In this document: one piece after another, positions 56,187 to 64,000 of the stretch
Position numbering within the stretch: position 1 is the stretch's first letter
Layout of the letters: every line of letters starts with the position of its first letter
Source of the DNA: Trichoplax adhaerens
Lineage: Eukaryota > Animalia > Placozoa
Reading direction: 5' to 3'
Length of the DNA stretch: 64,000 nucleotides
Assembly: GCF_000150275.1 (NCBI RefSeq)
Contig: NW_002060943.1
Coordinates: forward strand, 7,184,299-7,248,298
Position numbers and translations under genes: made by a program
The notes under the pieces: generated by a model
What the model was told of the DNA's origin: nothing
Databases searched by the model: none
Seen by the model: only the letters and a program-made list of their open reading frames with translations

Positions 56187-58112
56187 TCAGGAATCTAAAT
56201 TATATCGTTTCTTCAATAAGCATTCCATATGAGTTTCCCAACTAAGTGACTGAGTCAATTTTTTCAATCCCTTGATAATATCACCAACTTCCATTACATC
56301 TTTATTGTACATACCAAATGTACCAACAATTTCATTGTTGATTAATATGCGGGGTACGGAAGAACTGACTTGATTTGCTAAGGACGCAAAAGGATAAACC
56401 TATTGAAGTCAAAATTTTTAATCCTTAACAATGAACTTGTAAATAGAGTAGCAACATCCACAAAACAATTCGTTCTTTACTATTGCAGCACTTATGAGCA
56501 GTATACGAGTATTAAATTTAAGTTAATAACAATGCAAAGCCTATCTTATCTATTCGTAGTAGAATTATTCAGAGCATACTATTCAAGTTTATTTAACTGA
56601 ACTAATTATTAGATTACAAACGAAAACAAAGTCAAGGCAATTGAGTACCATAGCTCAACCTTAAATACTTCCTGATAGGCGAGTCGTGCAACAACCAAGA
56701 CGTATGGGTTGTAAAACAAATGATTAAAGTGACATCATCTTACTTGTAAGGAAGTTCCCATGACAATAAGTAAATCGCACAGTTTGAAATCTGTGGCTTG
56801 CTCAGTAAAGAATCTGTATGGTAGGTTTTCTCCAAAGAAAACTACATCAGGCTTAATAACTCCCTATAAATCAAATCAAGTAAATTACTAGTAACTATTT
56901 TCACGTTTATAAATAGATAGGTACATTTATCTCGCTGATAACATAAAATAACCTGGCATCTATCATCCTTACAACGTGGCACCTGTTGTTGTAATATTGC
57001 TCCCTATCAAATATATTTAATAGAAGGTTAGGCAGCTGAATACTGCTAACCCGTCTTTGCATGAATTTATTTAGTAATTTACAACCTCAATGTCAGAACT
57101 TGTGTAACGTTTTTTACATATTCTACACGTAGCATTGGCAAAAGAACCATGAGCTTCGATAAGTTTCTCTTCTGGAATGCCTGCTTCTGAGAAATATAAG
57201 AAAGTGAAGCATATTACTGCTCGTACTGTCATAGGTATATTACACTACAAATTATAATGCTGGCGTTCATAATAAAATTAAAGTTAATCAATTGTTAGCT
57301 ATAGTTTATTGTAACATTGTTAAATTACTTCTTTCAAGTCCGTCAATATTTTGTGTATAGATACGGAGTAAGAGGTTTTTTTCCAATAACAATTTCAGAA
57401 AATAGTGACAGTAATTTGGCTTATAATTACTAGCATGTAAATGCTTTGCAACACGGTAGAATGGGTGAGGATTGAGGTCAAAAAAAGAAATATCAAATAT
57501 ATCCATTGGATCACTAATTTCGTCATCATCAAGAGTATCGTATAATCCGCTGCCTGGAGATCTAGAGGGGGAAAAGAAAGGGAAACAATAGACGTAAGTA
57601 ATACTTGGTAAATTGAAATTTATAGTAGTGGTAAGGACTATAATATTACAGATTGTGTATCATCGTTTCTTGTCTAACTTATTACAGGCACTGTTGTATT
57701 CATCAGAGTTATTACTGTATCAGAAAGTGTCATTAACTTCAAATACAGCATAGTCTAACCTGAAATCGGGTAAACCACTAGCCGTGCTTACTCCTGCTCC
57801 AGTTAAAACAATAATTTTCTCTATAGAACCCATCTTTATTTCCTTCGCTACTGTATCCAATGTCCATTGACTGGCAGCCTCGGTTGTTAGGTATCTTTTG
57901 CCATAGCTATAATTTGACGTACTTGTATAAATTGCCTGTCGGTTATTAAATGTATACTTATCACAGCAATCATGATCTAGCACATTCTTGCTGTAGCCTC
58001 TGTAGCTTGCAATTCTATAATTGCTGTGTCTCTTGGTATTATAAGTTACAGTTTTGCGAATGCTATTTAGAACAGCTGCAGGTCTGGAGCTTGCATACCA
58101 AGCTCTAATCAT
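56187..58112 (-). CDS. SIRT3: Class Ib sirtuin, SIRT3-like copy B (mitochondrial-type presequence), 6 exons
   Basis: Starts [20 protein letters not shown]. Then [14 protein letters not shown]|[33 protein letters not shown]...[19 protein letters not shown] and MGTSLQ|VYPFASL. The stop TGA is at 56189-56187. Confidence 0.88.
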
Positions 58113-59889
58113 TGCCTCTCTTATTTCAAGCACATTAATGCACAGTATAAACTAAACTTAATTCCATTGGCAGTATTAAAAGGATATAAAACTGTATTTG
58201 GATATTTATTAGTAACTATTCAACACGCAGTACTGTATTTGATGTGATGAGTAGAGGAAGACCTTTAACTCAGGAGCTCAGGAGCTACTGTCGAGGTGTA
58301 GTATCGTGAGATAGAGAAATTAATTATACGAAATGGTACTGTAAACTATCTGAAGTTCATGGTGCCGTATGGTCCATTATTCGATCAATACTGTCGTCTA
58401 GAACTGCAAGAGCTGCTACTGTACTGTACTATGATCAAAGCACTTCTATATGGGTATGTGTGTATATAAACAATTAACTGTAATTATAGATTCAATTATT
58501 CATCTAGTACAGTACTAGTACTACAAATGTAGTATGGAGTCCATGGACTAATGGATAATAATAATTATTATTTATTCTCCCATACGCATATACACTTCTA
58601 CAGTACAGTATGATGCTGTCAATGACTGCAATGTTGCAAAACTAAGTCTCCATTCGTACTTCAAAAGGTCAGTTGCAATGGATATGTTGGCCAGATCGAG
58701 TGTTATCAACATAGCCCTTTGCAGGATAATCGAGTTAGTCGATTAGCATCGATCGAAAATGATTATGCATGTTTGTGAAATAACTGTAGACATATTGTAC
58801 TTACTTTTTATTTACGCATGCAGGACTGTCCTATGCATGAATAAATCTAATTGTATATTAGGAATCAGATCTAATTAGGATACGCGTCGTATATGACTTG
58901 TCGAGCTGTATTACATCATCAATTTGAAGGCAATAGGCAGATGATGAGTGTTGTCAACATGGATATGCAATGTATGCAGGATGATCAACTGATATTGATT
59001 ATTTAACCAACAGGCTCCATCCCTACAATGTGGTTATGTCTGTCTATAAATTGAGTTGGATTAAAACTAGTAAAAGGGAATACTTTGCTAATATTAACTG
59101 TAAACATATTTCTGGTCTTCGTCTCGCTCCATCCCAACCCCGAGGTTAACAAGGTCAACCGCTGTACTCAAGCTTCTGTATACAAAACACTAACGACCGT
59201 CAACTGGACTTTGTACTCTCGGATCGCTACTAGATGTTGCCAGTAGACAAGCCCAAAACATAGCTTAGACTACAGTAGATTGTAGAACATTTGCCTCAGT
59301 AATCATCACCGTACTCGACTTGACTACACATCCCCTATGGACTAGTTGTTGGAAGTAAAAGCTGCCGCGCCTCCCTAGGGGCTACCGATGTAAGACTATG
59401 TTACCGTACTGCCCAGTCTGCCCACATGTTGCAAAGGGTAAAACCATGATTGCTCGTTCATTTGAAGTTCCTTCTTTCTAATGGTTAAACCTTTCACCTT
59501 CTAGCTTATACTTTTTTCCAATAGTGGTAGTAGTAACTGAAAAAAGAAATTAAAAACTTGGATAGCACTACTATCGTAGCGGATTGATCTGTTAGAGGAG
59601 TTAATGTAGTACCGTATGTTGAAAAGGATCAGTCAATCGTGGCTATGCAAGCTTTAATGGTGTAGGCATGGAGACGACTTTACCTAGATAAAGTTGCTAT
59701 CTAATTCGACAAATCAGCTCATATCCTAATATTATCGTACGTATATTATTATCTCATCCAAAGTAAAAGTCGTTTACCAATAGGACATTACTCTATAACG
59801 TATCATCATCTGTTGTCAAGTGCTCGACATTCTGGCATCGGTTATTATTCAGGTATAATGGATTTATTCATCATATTGAAATGTAATTG

Positions 59890-60340
59890 CAATATTGGAT
59901 GAGAATTGGCTGTGATAGTGAGTTATTGCCTTTTAGGATAAGGATTAACTGTCTGTAGTGGATAGATTCTTAATCCTAGCTCTATGCTACATACTATTAC
60001 TGTATTCCCTAACACATAACTACTGTAATTAGCTGAAATTATGACACTGTCATCGTGGAGTTACTATACGCGTATTATCATTATTGCTTGAAATTGAGCT
60101 GGTATAATGAAATGATTACAGTATACGCGTATTATTAGATCAAATTTGACTGAAATAGTGAAATTGTTTCATTTTTTGGTTGAGCACTAGAATTGGCTAG
60201 AATAGTAAAATGATTGCAGTATTGGATCAGATTGGAGGGTGATAGTAATAGTGACGTTATTGGATGAAAGTTGATTGTACTGTTCTAGATAAGTCTGATG
60301 TGCAAAATCACATTATTGAATGAGAATGAGCTGTAATAGA
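59890..60340. repeat. Highly degenerate short-period repeat
   Basis: TATTGGATGA.A.TTG.CTGT.ATAGT-like motifs recur several times. Confidence 0.4.
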
Positions 60341-60570
60341 TCGATTTTTTTGTCGCGTAAAGTTTCTATACGTATTATGTAGTATTTGATAAGGATACGT
60401 AATTATGAGTTATTGTATGATCATAAATTATCTCTTTTTTCATGTGCATTGAAACTACGGTAGTATTCTCGTCATTGATAGTAGTAGAATGGATGTTAAA
60501 TATCAAATTAATTACTCATCACAGATTGATATACAAGCCCAACAATTTTATCCTCCCATACGCTTGTAAA

Positions 60571-63500
60571 ATGTCCAAGTTAACATTTTTGACAAGTTGT
60601 GAGGTCGCGAGTATGCGATTGCGAATGATATTGTATCATGTCAAAGCAAGAGAATTATCCGGTGAAGCAGGTACGCCGTAAATTCCTCAAACAATTCTTG
60701 ATTACGCGCAACCTGCTAGGGTTGCAGCTTCCCTAGCATAATGATTGTATTTGCTGTCTGCTTCTAACTACCAATACATGCAGCTAAATGATCTATGAAT
60801 ATTTGTTATAAACAGATAGTATTTTAAAAATTGGAAAAGTTCGTAAAGATATTAAGAAACCTGCCAATCCAGAATTGGTTCCCGTTGGCTACGGTATAAA
60901 TAATTAATTAATAAATGTTTTGCTATCTTCTCTCTCTGTTGCCTCCTATCTAATCTTACCTGAATACTGCACTTATTAATAAATCTAAAGTAATAGAACT
61001 ATCTTCCATATACAGACTTAATCATTTACTTTGATATTCACTACTTTTAAGTGGAAAGGTAGTTGTAACACTTCTATTCGATTAAGATATGTAAAGTTTA
61101 ACTAACACTGGTTCCTCTTAATTATCTTATTCTTAGCTAACCAAAATGTACCAAAGACCGTACAAAGGCACTTGAAATGGATCATGCAAAAGGTAACAAG
61201 CTGATACTATTACAGTATAACTAGAAATTGATACACTGAATACCTCTAGAACATCCAACAACAATTTTATAAATTATAACATACTAAATTGTTTACCAAG
61301 ATATAAATCTTTTACCTGTCTTCCAACTTCATCGTTACTAATTCTTGATTGTTTTTCTACATAAGTGTCTCTTTATAAAGTACGATAATGTTACACTAAA
61401 TGAATGAGCGCAATCCACAAGTTTCGTTGATCAATCTGATCAATCTGATCAATAATCATGATTTCGACTAATGCGGCATGTTAAACTTGATTTGCTCCTT
61501 GACAGGACAACATACAACAGGATGTATTTTTGATAGGAAATCCAGGACCTCTACGTAGAATTATTGTCATGCAATACTTGGTTAGTCCAGATATTAATCA
61601 TTTTTCATGTTTTGGTGCATAATGCCATTTAACATCAAATAGAAAATCTGATACTAAAACTACGATCGCATATTCTTTAGGAGCTAACCAAGAGTGAATT
61701 AGAGTATATTCGTCTATCAAGGGATACTACAGAATCCGACCTTAAGCAAAGAAGAGAGATAATCTCTGGTACTGCTCACTACATCGATCAGTGTGCCGTA
61801 AGAGCTGCAATTCATGGAAGAGTCTTAGTACTAGATGGCATTGAAAAAACAGAAAGAAATGTGCTTCCCATTCTAAATAACTTATTGGAGAATAGGTAAA
61901 TATATCCCTGCATCAGCTAGTAATTAATAGCCCTTTATAGAAAGCACGTTACAGTTATTGATATTAACATTCGAAAAATGTATAAATTTTTTTCTGGTTG
62001 TAGGGAGATGCAATTAGATGATGGACGCTTCTTAATGGCTGCAGATCGTTATGATAGCTTATTGAAGGTATCACATGTAAAACAACAAGGCTCTATCGGC
62101 GTTTTCGATGATAATTTTTAACACCTAATAAATACACTCTTTTAACCTTACATTGGAATATCTGACGAATATATCTGATTACAGACTCATTCGAAAGAGG
62201 AACTTGATGCACGTAATCTGGTAAGAGTTAGTAAAGAGTTCCGTGTAATTGCTCTTGGTTTACCTGTCCCAAAGTATATGGGAAATCCGCTAGATCCTCC
62301 TCTACGATCCCGATTTCAAGCTAGAGATGTAGAATATCTACCATATCAGGTTTACCTGTGTTACTGATTCCCTTCGTAATTCATCATTCTCGTATTGTAC
62401 TATAGCTTAAGAGTTGATATGCTAGCTAAGGTATTCATAATTATAGACAAAAAGAAAACATTAAATTTTACCCGATAGTGTACACTAACGGTATATGAAA
62501 TTAATCAGTCAATTATAGTCTGCATTTTTTATCTTATATCTAGGAATATTTGCAATCCTTTCAGAAGGAGTTTCGAAATATCCCTAAAGAAAGGTACTTA
62601 TAATTCGAAACAGTAATTGTAGACCTTATCATCCTTCTATCTTGAAATTGTATCGTATGTTTATTTTACATCTTTATCACTCCGATTTCCCTGTGCCGTA
62701 TTTAAAATGGTTAAAACGCAGAATAAATTGAAATTTTGAAACTAAAATTTGATATTTTACACTACGCAGACTGGTAAAAATTCTTTCCTATGGCAGTACA
62801 CTCTTATTATCGGAAGATAAATTACTTGGTTTACCTGACTTTCCCTTATCTAACCTATACTCAGTTGCTAAGATTTTGGTAATCGACACATAATAAATAA
62901 ATCATTTATACTATAAAATATTGAATGCTGGCACATTCCTTAAATCGTACGCTCTCATTTATTTATTAAAGGATTCTGCTCCTGAGGCTTCAACCTATCA
63001 AACTTTATACAAACTTTATCCCTATGAACTTATTCTAGGGTACGACGGGAAAATGGCAGCCAAGCATGCTCTCCAGGTACTCAACATCAGTCATAGTATT
63101 GTCCATAGAAAGAAACTTAGATTTTATACCATATTATCTGCAAATGCTGTAAACTGACCTATTGTTATTATTGGTAATAATATCAGATGTTTGACGTGGT
63201 CGATAAGGTGGATGCCAGATTACCTTATCGAATTACGGATATTAAACCGTCTGGTGTAAGCTATATTAATATTAACATGTATGGAAATTACCGACGTAAT
63301 ATTACGTTTTGTTTTATTAACCGAATAATTTTCGTTATCAAATACGATTACAGAATGGTTCAGTTGCTTCAGTAACGTTACAAAGTCACACCAAGAATTT
63401 ATGCCATATTGAAGTTCCAATGGGGAAAAATAATCCTCTAAGGAATGTTGAAGATATAAAGGTAATCAAAAATTTATCCATGTAAGTATTCGGATTAGAG

Positions 63501-64000
63501 GGTGTTGTTTACTCCAATTTCGTAATATCATATAGTATTTCGTACCAACATCTTATCATTCTGGAACACTGGCCGACATGATATTATCACATATGATGCG
63601 CGATTTCTGCCTAATAGGTCCTAAGGTTAGTGACCATGGTTTGGCCATAATTCTGGATTGACTTATGAGAATGCAGAAATGATATTTACTGTTTTGTTGT
63701 CTTATAGGGATGTGGCAAGACACTATTAGTTCAAAGCTTTGCTGACATTTTAGGATATCATACCGAAAATGTTGTATTATACCAGGTTAGTTTGACTGAG
63801 AATTCCGAACATTTTGAAGCCCTAGTCTATCTTAAATAATCTCTTTCATTAAATTATGTTACTCTATTAGGACATGACTGCGCGTGACCTTTTGCAACAA
63901 CGAGTTACGTTAGAAAATGGCGATACAACTTGGAGAAATGCTCCTCTTATTACAGCCGCCCTTGAAGGATATATAGCCATTTTAGATGGACTTCATCGTC
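60571..64000 (+). CDS. VWA8: VWA8 (dynein/MoxR-type AAA+ ATPase with vWA domain), 5' part, runs off the window
   Basis: IGKV..PANPELVP, HLKWIMQK, QDVFLIGNPGPLRR, SRDTTESDLKQRREI, LDGIEKTERNVLPILNNLLENREMQLDDGRFL and LDPPLRSRFQARD. The second Walker A is GPKGCGKT, followed by YQDMTARDLLQQR. The first exon (60571-60670) joins 60816 in phase. Confidence 0.95.

Noticed and set aside
59398-59851. Alternative upstream VWA8 exons encoding a mitochondrial presequence
   Set aside because: Donor and acceptor sites exist, but the presequence-like frame does not join 60816 in phase and no homology is recognisable.

Overview
This is an AT-rich, gene-dense eukaryotic window with many short (about 70-130 bp) GT-AG introns and animal-type genes. 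The style is most consistent with a placozoan such as Trichoplax (inference, not checked). In order: a frameshifted SEA/EGF/TM pseudogene; GFAT (+) convergent with glycogen branching enzyme GBE1 (-); TYW2/TRMT12 (-) head-to-head with TGFBRAP1/Vps3 (+); cysteine string protein DNAJC5 (-); two tandem-repeat arrays; a four-PDZ NHERF/PDZK1-family scaffold (-); PLEKHF/Phafin (+); VHL (-); a MITE-like element; two tandem SIRT3-like sirtuins (-); and the 5' part of VWA8 (+). I found no rRNA, tRNA, CRISPR array or prokaryotic system. The most interesting leads are: (1) a cryptic last exon that would give CSP a -DSKL tail next to a NHERF scaffold; (2) a 4-PDZ protein carrying an EBP50-like ERM-binding tail; (3) SIRT3 duplicates with different apparent targeting; (4) a PTS2-like signal in VWA8; (5) a tandem array whose units fold into GNRA-capped hairpins; (6) a TACAGTA/TACTGTA motif that clusters at most gene 5' ends. 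Exon boundaries were read by eye and are unverified by transcripts.
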